Shown here: piece by piece, positions 1-12,137 of the stretch
Layout: each line of letters starts with the position of its first letter
How positions within the stretch are numbered: the stretch's first letter is position 1
Source of the DNA: Octopus sinensis
Taxonomy: Eukaryota
Direction: 5' to 3'
Assembly: GCF_006345805.1 (NCBI RefSeq)
Contig: NC_043002.1
Span: forward strand, 95,046,001 to 95,110,000
DNA: 64,000 nt
Program-made: the position numbers and the translations under genes
Notes under the pieces: model-generated
What the model saw: only the letters and a program-made list of their open reading frames with translations
Databases searched by the model: none
Told to the model about the DNA's origin: nothing

Positions 1-432
1 TACAGCAGATAAACAAATAACACTGTGTAACAAATTCTTTTTTCTTTGGTCAGTAAGTGTTATTTCTTATTTGCTTCTATCAGGAAATGAAAGGGAATGA
101 CTGCTATTCCTTTCAAACTTTACTTTTGTGATATGGACACCAGTGATTTGAAACTGACCTATTTTCCATTACATTTCAGATAGATTCAGCACTGAGTTGC
201 TGAAGCAAAAATATATTCTGCTCAATACCACAGATTTGCTTGTCAGTTACTTGACCTTATCCTTTTGAGCATGTCCCCTAGTAACTGAGAATATGTGCCT
301 TTCTGATCATGAACAGGAGTAATGGGGAGCATCATAGCCATGTACTGAGGGGATTTCTGTGGGGTTTGAGTAAATGTAACAAAAGCAAAGTTTGAAGGAA
401 ATACTAGTGATTTTTCATACTTTGTGTGTGGA

Positions 433-508
433 AGCACTCCGTCGGTTACGACGATGAGGGTTCCGGTTGATCCGAATCAACGGAACAGCCTGCTCGTGAA
501 ATTAACGT
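433..508. mobile_element. CpG-rich structured repeat fragment, probably a SINE/LINE 3' end
   Basis: CpG-rich island in CpG-poor DNA with two hairpins: CGTCG-GTTA-CGACG (440-453) and GTTCCG(G)TTGAT-CCGA-ATCAACGGAAC (460-486). It is followed by a (TA)n tract. The family assignment is from recall only. Confidence 0.4.
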
Positions 509-1862
509 GTATATAATATATAGATGTGTGTATGTATATATTTATATGTATATCTGTGTGTGTTTTGTAACACCAGCTAATGTTTAAACATCCAAAACTG
601 AATTTCTTTGACAGAAAGAAAATGGCAGCTGAAAACCTAGTGCAGTCTTTGACCTTATTTATTGACCACTCATCTGTTTAACCTCAGTTGGGATTGATAA
701 GTTTCCAGTATATACACAAGAAATGAATTATTTTTGCTTTACTCTTGTACTATTCAAATAAGTAACTCCCTAACAAAGAAACCTTAATTTCTTCTGCAGA
801 TAACCCCTGGGTAGCAATTTATTTTTAAGGAAGTTCTGCAAAGTTAATTAAATTGGCTGTGATTTGTAAATGTTGGGTGAGTGTACAAAGTACTTTTCTT
901 TCTTTTCTTACCATTCCTTGTATTCCTAATGACCTCAATAAATATCTCTCTTCTGTTATGTAATTCAATCTATTTTGATAATGAATGTAGTTTTGTAAAA
1001 TATATACTTATTTTTACCAAAGTGTTTTGTTTTATGTTTTTTTTTATATGGATTATTATTTATTTATAAGCAAAAATGGTCATTTTGTTATCAAAAGTAT
1101 TTTGAATTTTTTTTTCTTGTCCTTTTAGATTTAAAATATTTTCCAACTGCTATATTTCAGCTGCTTTATGCCTTTTAGGGAAACATCCCTGAATTGTTTA
1201 TATTTATGTCATTAAGATTACCATAGCAACACACATTTAATTTAAGCAAAACAACCAGCTTTGAAAGAGATATATTAATGTAGAGTATAAACTCTTCATC
1301 ATTTGTCAATTACTTTTTCTTGATTAGATGCACATTTATCAGTGCACGCACATGCAAACGACTTTGAAAACGTTCATGTAAATCACTTTGCCTTCCATTC
1401 TATAGGAATTCTCTATTATCTTTAGTTTTACCATTTACGAGGAGATGCTGAAAAGTTCCTGGCTTTAGGTAAAAGAAAATACAGGAGTATTGGTTAATTA
1501 TGATTTTATTCAATATATACTCCTCTCAGATTCACACACTTATTGCAGTGGTCCTTCAGTTTTGCTAAGCCCTGTAAAGAACTTGGAACATTGGGCCTCC
1601 AGCCAGGGTTTTCTTGATACCCTCAAAGCAACGAACTCTTGAGCACCCCTCGTATGTATATTGGTTGTTTTCCTAATCAGCACCAGAATGTGATCTTATT
1701 ACTGGAATTATGCAAAATCATATTACTACTATTTGTAGATGTCTAATTATACAACACCCAAAATTTTGAATCTAAAAAATGTCTTAGATTAAGTATAATA
1801 GAAACTTTTCCAATTTCATGTTTCAGAGATTTATATTTATTAGCAAACAATTCATACAAGAT

Positions 1863-2250
1863 ACTCTTTTACCTGTTTCACTCATTTGACTGTGGCCATG
1901 CAGGAGCACCTCCTTTAGTCAAGCAAATTGACTCCAGGACTTATTCTTTGTAAGCCTAGTACTTATTCTATCGGGGTCTTTTTGCCGAATTGCTAAGTTA
2001 CGGGGACGTAAACATACCAGCATCAGTTGTCAAGTGATGTTGGTGGGAACAAACACAGACACACAAACACACACATATATATACATATATACAATGGGCT
2101 TCTTTCAGTTTCCATCTGCCAAATCCACTGACAAGGCTTTGGTCATCCTCAGGCTATAGAAGAAGACACTTGCCCTAGGTGCCACACAGTGGGACTGAAC
2201 CTGGAACTATGTGTTTGGTAAGCAAGCTACTTCCCACACAGCCACTCTTG
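1863..2250 (-). mobile_element. tRNA-derived SINE, family B (full length)
   Basis: About 390 bp, with more than 12 homologous copies in the window. Head TGGCTGTGTGG..GGTTCAGTCCC (A/B-box-like), internal (TA/TG)n, 3' end ...CAGTCAAATGACTGAAACAAGTAAAAGAGT. Confidence 0.9.
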
Positions 2251-2589
2251 AAAATTTATAAAACATTTCAGCTTATATTAACTTAAAGTTAATATCATTA
2301 GCCCTGTGTTATCAACTAAGATAGTCTTTTGGGATTTATCACTGCTCCTCTTCCAACAAATTATTCCTGGCATCATTTCTACATACTTTGTTCTTTTTTT
2401 ACTGTTTTTCTTTTTTTTGTTTTTCTTTTTTCTTCTTGGTCCTTCACATTTTTCATTTGCTTTGGGGCAACATCTAATGAAAGGCAGGTCATTATGTTGA
2501 ATCACTAACAGACTTCTAGATGTTAAGGAATGGAATTTTTTTTTAGTTTCATTACAGGGAAGTAGTGAAACTGATAGCAATGTTAAGTT

Positions 2590-2982
2590 ATGGAAGGCTG
2601 TGTGGGAAGTAGCTTGCTTACCAACCACATGGTTCCGGGTTCAGTCCCACTATGTGGCACCTTGGACAAATGTCTTCTACTATAGCCTCAGGTCAACCAA
2701 AGCCTTGTGAGTGGATTTGTTAGACGGAAACTGAAAGAAGCTCATCGTTTATATATATATGTGTGTGAGTGTGTGTATGTTTGTGTGTCTGTATTTGTCC
2801 CCCCAACATCACTTGAAAACCGATGCCGGTGTGTTTACGTCCCCGTAACTTAGCAGTTCGGCAAAAGCGACTGATAGAATAAGTACTAGGCTTACAAAGA
2901 ATAAGTCCTGGGGTCGATTTGCTCGACTAAAGGCGGTGCTCCAGCATGGCCACAGTCAAATGACTGAAACAAGCAAAAGAGA
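2590..2982 (+). mobile_element. SINE family B (full length)
   Basis: Co-linear homology to the other family-B copies, in the opposite orientation to both neighbours. Confidence 0.9.
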
Positions 2983-3263
2983 ATTCAGGTTATAGTTTCT
3001 CCAGATTCTATAACTTAGAATTCCAACCTGAGATATAACTGCATCACTAAATATATTTATCGCATTTACTTTTGTTTGTGATATATTTATGAAGTTATTT
3101 GCATGCAAGCTCTTTTGTATTCACCTTAACAAGCGGACACTTAAATATATATGATTGCACAGGCACACATGCTCTTGCGTCATATAATTACAATATATTG
3201 ACTTCAAAGTCGTTATCAAAACATTTTGATTTCATAACAGGGAAGCACTTCCAGAGAAAGAAT

Positions 3264-3657
3264 TACTCTTTTACTTGTTTCAGTCATTTGACTGTGGCCA
3301 ATGCCGGAGCACCGCCTTTAGTCGAGCAAATCAATCCCAGGACTTATTCTTTGTAAGCCTAATACTTATTCTATCAGTCTCTTTTGCCAAACTGCTAAGT
3401 TACGGGGACATAAACACACCAGCATTGGTTGTCAAGTGATGTTGGGGGAACAAACACAAACACACACACATATTTATATACATATACATAAATACGACGA
3501 GCTTCTTTCAGTTTCCATCTACCAAATCCACTCACGAGGCTTGGTCAGCCTGGGGCTATAGTAGAAGACACTTGCCCAAGGTGCCACGCTGTGGGACTGA
3601 ACCTGGAACCATGTGGTTGGTAAGCAAGCTACTTACCACACAGCCATTCCTGCATCT
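3264..3657 (-). mobile_element. SINE family B (full length)
   Basis: Co-linear homology to the copies at 1863-2250 and 8531-8917. Confidence 0.9.
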
Positions 3658-4182
3658 ATTATGCAAGAACTTTAAAAAGTTCATAGAGAAGACACAAAAA
3701 CAGAATTATTCTTAGGAAATTTTTTTCCTCTATCTATATATGTTTGATTTGTCTGTTTTAAAATATTAAACCAAAATTGTTATTTTGTAGTTTACTATTT
3801 CATAGCTTATGTATATTAATTCCTGCTAATTTCAATTTGTAAAGATAAATACCTTTTTGTTTGTTTTATAGACTAAAATTGTAAACATGATAATTAGTTT
3901 TCAGTTAATTTTTCATGTTCATCAAGTGTCAAACTTTACATATATATTTTTGTGTTCAAGTAAATACATCATGTTCTTATAATTTTTTATGCTCATCATG
4001 TTAATAGAAAAAACATTTATTTGCTTTCTAGTTTTCAATTTTGTAAAGATTCACATTTAAATCATAATACATTTAATTGCTTTTTTCTACAATTGATACA
4101 TAATCATCATCATCATTATCATCATCATGAAAGCATGTTGTCAAGTGGTTTGTGGATTCAGTTCTTGGGCCAGGTAGTCTGT

Positions 4183-4409
4183 TTAATTTTTTAGCATTCA
4201 GATTCCTCTGTCAAATTTAATGCTCGTTTATTCACATTGTTTTCAGTTAATCATGCATTATCATATAGCTTCCAGATTTCTGTGATGTGATTGACTATTC
4301 TTAGAATGGCATTGTAGGGCATGTGTGAGAGGTTAGGTCTGGCCAATTTTAGCATAAAATAGGTAGAATATTTGAGTCGGATATGCCATTTTAAATGCCA
4401 ATGGGTTAA
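4183..4409 (+). mobile_element. TTAA-flanked MITE, family 1 (piggyBac-type, non-autonomous)
   Basis: TTAA at 4183 and 4406, degenerate terminal inverted repeats (ttagcatt...aatgccaatggg), and internal homology to the copies at 10435, 35915, 51723, 58114, 60696 and 62125. Confidence 0.8.
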
Positions 4410-4672
4410 ATATATCAAAACACTTCATTTCAAATTGTTCCAGTCTACTCAACTGTAAATGAGTACCAGCTGGTTACTGGTGAAACTCTTCTATGTCCAA
4501 CAGTCAAATCCTGATCGTTCTGTTGGAATGAGGTGTGGGAAGGCTTAGGTGGTGTCTATGCATAGGTCAAAAACAATTAGTAAAAGCATGGTACATATTA
4601 CCAAACCAAACTCACACATGAATGATTGCTGGCTGTACTGTACTTTGTACATCATTACCAATATTATTTTTA

Positions 4673-5640
4673 GAGCTGGCAGAAATATTAGCACATCGGG
4701 CGAAATGCTTAGCGGTATTTCGTCTGCCATTACGTTCTGAGTTCAAATTCCGCCGAGGTCGACTTTGCCTTTCATCCTTTCACAACAAGGTGGCAAGCTG
4801 GCAGAAACGTTAGCACGCCGGGCGAAATGCGTGGCCGTTTTTCGTCTGCCGTTACGTTGTGAGTTCAAATTCCGCCGAGATCGACTTTGCCTTTCATCCT
4901 TTCGGGGTCGATAAATTAAGTACCAGTTACGCACTGGGGTCGATGTAATCGACTTAATCCATTTGTCTGTCCTTGTTTGTCCCCTCTGTGTTTAGCCCCT
5001 TGTGGGTAGTAAAGAAATAGGTATTTCGTCTGCCATTACGTTCTGAGTTCAAATTCCGCCGAGGTTGACTTTGCCTTTCATCTTTTTGGGGTCGATAAAT
5101 TAAGTACCAGTTACACACTGGGGTTGATGTACTCAATTTAATCCCTTTGTTTGTCCTCGTTTGTCCCCTCTATGTTTAGCCCCTTGTGGGCAATAAAGAA
5201 ATAAGAATTGTTAGCACACCAGGCAAAATGCTTAGTGGCATTTTGTCTGTCCTTGTCTTCTGAGTTCAAATTCCTCTTTGGGTCAACTTTGTCTTTCATC
5301 CCTTCAGGATCAATGAAATAACTACTTGTTATGCACTTGAGTCGATATAATTGACTCACTCCTCCTCACAAAATTTCAGGCTTTGTGCCTATAGTAGAAA
5401 AGATCATCATCATTATCATCATCATCCTTATTATTTTAAAGTGGTAGGCTAGCAAAATTGTTAGCACATTGGGAAAAATACATAGTGGCATTTCGTCAGT
5501 CTTTACGTTTTGAGTTCAAATTGTGCCTTGCATTCTTTTAAGGTCAATAAAATAAGCATTAGTTAAGCACTGAGGTTGTAATCAACTTTTTCCCCACTCA
5601 AACTTGATGGCCTTCTGCCAAAATTTGAAACTAATATTAT
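4673..5640 (+). mobile_element. Cluster of five nested or adjacent SINE family A copies
   Basis: Repeated head GAGCTGGCAGAA..GTTAGCA (A box) and GAGTTCAAATTCC (B box), body CTTTCATCCTTTCGGGGTCGATAAATTAAGTACCAG. Copies at about 4673-4781, 4787-5021, 5020-5205, 5205-5430 and 5444-5640. Confidence 0.9.
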
Positions 5641-5659
5641 CATTATTTTATCATCTATA

Positions 5660-5886
5660 TTCTTTTATTTGTTTCAGTCACTTGACTGTGGCCATGCTGG
5701 AGTACCACTTTTAGTCAAACAAATCAACCCCAGGACTTATTCTTTGTGAGCCTAGTACTTATTCTATCAGTCTCTTTTGCCAAACTGCTAAGTTACGGGG
5801 CACATAAACACACCAACATCAGTTGTCAAGCAATGGTGGGAAGGGATAAATACAAACACACACACACACACGCACACACACACCAC

Positions 5887-5917
<31 letters not shown>

Positions 5918-6105
5918 TATATATATATAATATATATATATACACACACGATGGGCTTCTCTCAGTTTCCGTCTACCAAATCCGTTTTCAAGGCTTTAGT
6001 CGGCTTACGGCTATAGAAGAAGACACTTGCCCAAGGTGCCACGCAGTGGGACTGAACCTTGAACCATGTGGTTGGCAAGTAAGCTACTTACCATACAGCT
6101 ACTCG
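5660..6105 (-). mobile_element. SINE family B
   Basis: Co-linear homology to family B, with an expanded internal (CA)n/(TA)n. Confidence 0.9.
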
Positions 6106-6374
6106 TTATCATTATGAACATTTTTTAACACTCTGCATTATTATTTGAAATAATATCTTAGTCTGTGAATATAATTTTATGGCATTTATTAAAGTCAAAA
6201 GAATGAAAAAAAAAAAAAATCCAAAAAGCATGAAAGGGAAAGATATTCCATTTCATGCTGGAATTATTTAATTGCTTCATTCATTGGATTGTGACCACTC
6301 TTGGGGCACTGCTTCGATCAGCTTAACTCCAGTATTTATTTTAAATGCCACTAAGCATTTATTTATAGTAAAGG

Positions 6375-6605
6375 CGGCGAGCTGGCAGAAACGTTAGCAC
6401 GCCGGGCGAAATGCGTAGCCGTATTTCGTCTGCTGTTACGTTCTGAGTTCAAATTCCGCCGAGGTCAACTTTGCTTTTCATCCTTTCGGGGTCGATAAAT
6501 TAAGTACCAGTTACGCACTGGGGTCGATGTAATCAACTTAATCCGTTTATCTGTCCTTGTTTGTCCCCTCTGTGTTTAGCCCCTTGTGGGTAGTAAAGAA
6601 ATAAG
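6375..6605 (+). mobile_element. SINE family A, young full-length copy
   Basis: GGCGGCGAGCTGGCAGAAACGTTAGC head, B box GAGTTCAAATTCC, CpGs retained, tail GCCCCTTGTGGGTAGTAAAGAAATAAG. Confidence 0.92.
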
Positions 6606-7129
6606 TATTTATTTTAAGCTTGGTAGTTATTTTATTGTTCTCTATTTTTTTCTTTACCGAACTGCTAAGTTACATGAGTCTAAACAACATGAGTCAACAC
6701 AGGTTGCCAAGAGATGAGAAACAAATACAGATAAGCGTTTGCATCTCCCCTCCTCACACACATGCATATGATAGGCTTCCACACAGTTTCTGTGTACCAA
6801 ACTTTCTAACAAGGCATTTATTGACTCAGGGTCACAATAGAAGACACTTGATAAAAGTGCTGTGATGGAGCACAAGACCCAAGAACCATAAGGCTGCACA
6901 ATAAATTTCTTAACCACTCAGTTATGCTTGTATCAATTCTTCTATTTTCTTTCTTGTTAGTGGTTTTGGCTGTATTCTGATATCTGCTTAATTTCTGTTC
7001 ATTGTATCACTAATCTAATTTTAATATCAGTAATACCAATTGTTCAGTTTGTTTGGTTTTAAACGGCATATTGTAAGGATTTAAACACTATCACATGAAC
7101 ACGAAATATACTAAATGAATGTAAAATAT

Positions 7130-7595
7130 ATCATCATCATCATCATCATCATTGTTTAACGTCAGCCTTCCATGCTAGCATGGGTTGGACGATTTTGACT
7201 GAGGGCTGGCGAACCAGATGGCCGCACCAGGCTCCAATCTTGATCTGGCAGAGTTTCTACAGCTGGATGCCCTTCCTAACGCCAACCACTCTGAGAGTGT
7301 AGTGGGTGCTTTTTATGTGCCACCGGCATTGGGGCCAGTCAGGCGGTACTGGCAATGACCTTGCTCGAATCTTTTTATACATGCTACCAGAACAGGTGCC
7401 AGTAAGGCAACGTTGGTAATGATCATGCTCAAATGGTGCCCTTTTATGTGCCTCTGGCACGGAGCCAGTTGGCTGCTCTGGCAACAATGATGCTCGGATG
7501 GTGCTCTTGGCACCCTACTAGCACGGGCACAAGTGCCAGTAAGGTGACGCTGGTAACGATCACACTCGAATGGTGCCCTTTTATGTGCCACTGGC
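7130..7595 (-). mobile_element. RTE-type LINE 3' tail with (ATG)n end
   Basis: Reads ...CCAACCCATGCTAGCATGGAAGGCTGACGTTAAACAATGATGATG on the minus strand. The same tail follows RT-coding sequence at 31640-32580. It contains an internal tandem duplication. Confidence 0.8.
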
Positions 7596-8393
7596 ACATA
7601 TATAATTACAAAATACAAGAACAACCAGAAAATGTAAATTACTGGTATAAAAGCTATATAATAATTTGGAATAAAAGGTTAATTGCTGTGTATAGCTTTG
7701 ATCTAACTTGTCTGAATATTGGGCCCTGTTTAACGAACAATGTGCTTACATTTAATTTTGTCAGCTATTATACATGCTGTGAAAATATTTTTTTCATAAT
7801 TGCTTGTAAGTGTGCATTCTATTTGCATGGTGGGTGGTTGACTTAATAAAATATTGCAGTAACTATATAACAAACACATGTAAAGAATATAAAATACATA
7901 TAGCAATAGCTCCACACAGTATGCATTTTAGTTTCTAGTTTCTGTACACAGGATAGCTCTGCATCTTTAGCTAATAAGACATCAATCTTATTTCTAAGTC
8001 ACCTGATGTTTTCCACTTATACTTTAAGTTATCAGACATTTTAATACAATTAAGAATCGAATAAAACATTCTATAAATTGAATATATTTCAAAATAGATG
8101 ACCAGTTATTGATCACTTCAATACAAAGGAAAATAAGCATAAATACAGCTTATCTAATTGTATATCATTGACTTTTAGACTTCCATTAACTAAGATTTGT
8201 CCCTAAAAGTTATTCCCTTCAGACTAAATTGCACACTTTCAACATTGACCTAAATATGCCAAAAGAGACTCCACATTTCCAATAAGTCTTTTTGATGAGT
8301 AAAACAATATGCTGGAGTGATTTTGATGTCACCCTCTGATTTCTTGATGTTACTGAAGTTTGGTAATGGCTTAAGTTTTCTTTATTAATCTAG

Positions 8394-8486
8394 GAGATAG
8401 CACATCTACTTGTACAGAATCAACATCTGTTTGTACTGAGTCAACATCTGTTTGTACAGAAAAGTTGTTTATTTCCTTTTGAACAG
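8394..8486 (+). CDS. Candidate internal exon of an unidentified gene (EIAHLLVQNQHLFVLSQHLFVQKSCLFPFEQ)
   Basis: Acceptor ttttctttattaatctag, donor CAG|gtatat, 93 nt open in phase 0-0, containing a 21-bp triplication. No homology recognised. Confidence 0.25.
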
Positions 8487-8530
8487 GTATATCGGCATAA
8501 TGACTGTCCCTAGACACAACAAAATATATT

Positions 8531-8917
8531 CTTTTATTCTTTTACTTGTTTCAGTCATTTGACTGCGGCCATGCTGGAGCACCACCTTTTTAGTCGAGCA
8601 AATCGACTCCGGACTTATTCTTTGTAAGCCTAGTATTTATTCTATCGGTCACTTTTTGCTGAACCACTGGGTTATGGGGACGTAAACACACCAGCATCGC
8701 ATGTCAAATGATGTTCGGGGTGACAAACGCAGACATACATATACATAATGCGAAGGGCTACTTTCAGTTTCCGTCTACCAAATCCACTCACAAAGCTTTG
8801 GTTGGCCCAAAGCTATAGCAGAAGACACTTGCCCAAGGTGCCATGCAGTGGTACTGAACCTGGAACCATGTGGTTGGTAAGCAAGCTACTTACCACACAG
8901 CCACTCCTTCGCCTATA
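8531..8917 (-). mobile_element. SINE family B (full length)
   Basis: Co-linear homology to family B. It accounts for the track ORF 8748-9278. Confidence 0.9.
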
Positions 8918-9269
8918 TGTGAGTGTCATTAACCTATTTGTTCCTACTAATCTTATTTCTATATTCCAACAATTTTGTGCTCTAGATCAATTATTAATTT
9001 CTAGTATGGGCACAAAGCCTCTTTTTATTTTAGTGATTCTTAAAAATCGATACTTAATATCCAAGTTGATATTCAAGATTTTGGACTCTAGACCATTCTT
9101 CTTAGTTTTGAACTTTTATCTGCAAGTATTCTACATAGTCTACATCCAAATGAAAGTTTCAGAATATCAATGCTACTACGAATATCAAGTGATTATTATT
9201 ATTATTTTTTTTTTTTTTGCTTTAAGAGCTATAAAGAATACTGAGCCATATAGAAATACCTCACTGGTT

Positions 9270-9640
9270 TGCTTCTAATCTTTACCGTGCTTATATCTCC
9301 TTAGTACACGGGTGGCTACCATATGCCATTCACGTACACTTTTTTCAGCATCCACCAAACTACAAAACATAGAACTCTGTCGAAAGCTTTCTACAGATTA
9401 ACAAATACGAGTTAGTTTGCTTTTTGTTTAGAATTTCCTCTTGCAGTTGCCCCATTTAAACTATGGTATCTATGATGCCAATCCTGTTACAAATCCAAAT
9501 TTCATATTATCCAAACTGGTCTTATATAAGCTTCACTTTTTAAAACTTCTTACAAAATTTGCTATATCTTTGAATGATGCATCCATAATGGTTCATGCCC
9601 ATTGCATGCTTTTTCTACTTGAAACAGGTTAAAATAAGGA
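9270..9640 (-). pseudogene. Decayed RTE-type LINE reverse transcriptase fragment
   Basis: Minus-strand translation gives LDNMKFGFVTG and LVFVNL*KAFDRV, matching the non-LTR RT motifs QFGF.PG and F.DLEKAFDRV, with stops and frameshifts. Confidence 0.85.
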
Positions 9641-10044
9641 TCATTACATCAGTTCTATAGTAAATAGATAGTGAAAATATTTATTGATTCTTCATATAAA
9701 GTTGTCATTTAGGTTCTTCACTCATATTGATCTCGGTAGATCCTATACAAGTTTCGCTATTCTGTCTGCAAGAGTGAAACCATGTTTTTTTTTCTTTTAA
9801 TCGTTAACCGCATTGTCACTCATCTGTGACCAGAAAATTTTTACAGTGACTTCAACGTTTTGATTCAGTTGCAACTGGGCTGCAAACATTTCCTTGTTAA
9901 AGTAAAATATGATACTTAAATATATTAAGTGGTCCAAACAGTAATACACACACAGACACTCATTGCTGACAGAACTTGAAGTTCCAGTCAGGTCAAGTCT
10001 ACTAAATGTATAAAGTCCCATCCTACAAGCTGACCTGCAGTATC

Positions 10045-10870
10045 AATTACATTCATACATACAAGGCTTTCAAGGCCCTGGAAGCTCTCTAAAGGTTGTT
10101 AGATAATTTCTCTTACCTAGATGACCTAATTAGCAGCAGAAGTGGATGTTCTGAAAGTGTAATTGCTAGAATAAGATGGAAAATATTCAAAGAACTTTTA
10201 ACTCTGTTGACAACCAGAGGTCTCTCTCTATCTCTCTCTCAAAGGAAGATTGTATGATGCTTGTGTAGGAACTGCATTGCTATATGGTAATGTAATGTGG
10301 GTCCTAAATGCAGAGGATATGCCAAGATTAGAGAGGAATGCAGCTCGCATGCTGCACTGGATGTGCAATGTCAGTGTACATGTGCGACAGTGCTAGTATA
10401 TTGAGAGAAAAATTAGGCATACGAGTAATTAGATTTAACCCTTTAGTATTTAAACCAGCCATATCCGGCTAAAATAGCTAATCTGTTTTATGTTCAAACT
10501 GATCAGATCCAGGCTCTCACACCTACCCTACAATATTATTCTACATTAAGTAATTACACCATCAAGATCTTGAAGATATGTGATAATGCATGATGAATTC
10601 AAATTAATGGGAATCAATAGGCATTATGTTTGATTGAATAATCTGAACAATAAAAGGTTAATGTGCAGGGGAGAAGACTGGTGGTACAGAGTGATGTGTA
10701 TGGATAAGGAATGTTGCATAAAGAAGTGCAGATCACTTACAGTGGAAGAAATTTATAGAAGAAGGAGACTCAGGAAGATATGAGAGCCAAGCTCAAGATA
10801 CTGAGTGTTATGGAGGAGATGGCAAAGGACCAAGATCTGGTGCCTTACTGGTGCTTGAGGAATCCTGCCT
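10045..10870 (+). pseudogene. Decayed RTE-type LINE, post-RT C-terminal region, interrupted by a MITE
   Basis: Translates to VDNFSYLDDLISS..GRLYDACVGTALLYG..W..ERNAARMLHWMCNV..LREKLGI..RRL, typical of the RTE C-terminus and homologous to 31930-32580. Confidence 0.85.
10435..10661 (-). mobile_element. TTAA-flanked MITE, family 1 (subfamily b), inserted in the LINE
   Basis: TTAA at 10435-10438 and 10658-10661, ends CCCTTTAGTATT / AATAAAAGG. Nearly identical to the reverse complement of 58323-58545. Confidence 0.88.
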
Positions 10871-11083
10871 ACCACAACTAAATTGATATCTTAAAACTAC
10901 CTTGGTAATTGCTTGTACATACAAAGCTCAGCCTCACCTCTGTTCCATATTGCCCTGTCAAGCTTCCTCCACATCTTCACTGCCTTCACTCATTACTTCT
11001 TTATCTCTACGATTATTGAGCTATCATAATCACCTGAGAGCAGAATAGGTACAATCTACACACTCACACCCCCTTTCATACCT

Positions 11084-11307
11084 ATTTATTTATTACCCAC
11101 AAGGGACCAAACACAGAGGGGACAAACAAGGACAGACATAGGTATTAAGTCGATTACATCGACCCCAGTGCGTAAATGCTACTTAATTTATCGACCCCGA
11201 AAGGATGAAAGGCAAAGTCGACCTTGGCGGAATTTGAACTCACAACGTAACGCAGACGAAATACCGCTAAGCATTTTGCCCGGCGTACTAACGTTTCTGC
11301 CAGCTTG
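11084..11307 (-). mobile_element. SINE family A with target-site duplication
   Basis: Near full-length family A copy flanked by the direct repeat CCCCTTTCATACCT on both sides. Confidence 0.9.
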
Positions 11308-11929
11308 CCCCTTTCATACCTTCTCTTTTCTTTTCTCTCCCAGAACCACTTCCATTGATCTCTCTCTCTCTCTCTCTCTCTCTCTTCCTCCCCTCTGCTA
11401 GACTCCATCCTTAGAATCACTTCGTTTCTTCACTATTTTCTTCCAGCTTTGCTTCCTCCTCTCTATTATACTCCACCCCTCCTTACACCTCTTTCATCCC
11501 CTATCTCTCCTAATGTCCTCACATATCTAATCTAACCCCCACTCCCACCTGAGCCATTTCTATACCTCTCACCTTCAATTACTACAGCCATATCTATCAC
11601 ATCTAACCACCTCTCCTCACATTCTTATGAAATTTTCCATCCTTCCACCTCTTCACCTGTATCACCCACCACACTTTGCCCTGAGAGTATATCCACACAT
11701 CTCCACCACCACCATCTCTCCCACTCTTGCCATCTCTATCTTTCTCTTCAAGTCTCCTTCTCCCATCTTCTCAAACTGGGATATCCTTGTATCTCTTCTA
11801 CAGCAACATACTTATTTCTATCCTTCTATTCTTTTAACCTCTGATCAATAGGTACAAGCCTACATTCCTCAACACTACTTCCCTCAGTTAGGGAGGGGAC
11901 TTTGTCTTGTCTTGCAAGGTATTTGGTGA

Positions 11930-12137
11930 ACCCTGCCAATAAAGCACCCAACATTACTTGACAACCGATGCTGGTGTGTTTAAGTCCCTGTAACTTAGCA
12001 GTTCGGCAAAAGAGACCGATAGAATAAGTACTAGGCTTACAAAGAATAAGTCCTGGGGGTCTGTTTGCTTGACCAAAAGGCGGTGCTCCAGCATGGCCAC
12101 AGTCAAATGACTGAAACAAATAAAAGAGTAAAAGAGT
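11930..12137 (+). mobile_element. SINE family B, 3' half
   Basis: Homologous to the 3' half of 2590-2982. Confidence 0.85.

Noticed and set aside
450-500. SECIS element (ATGA...TGAA)
   Set aside because: There is no helix II directly above the putative quartet and no apical AA motif at the right spacing.
2278-2628. Lys-rich minus-strand ORF (116 aa) or an internal exon (VAPKQMKNVKDQEEKRKTKKRK...)
   Set aside because: The 5' part lies in a SINE and the Lys run is the complement of a poly-T tract. Splice sites exist but nothing independent supports it.
3099-3356. WD40-like ORF (FVFTLTSGHLNIYDC)
   Set aside because: There is no acceptable donor site, the 3' third is SINE B sequence, and only a single strand-like motif is present.
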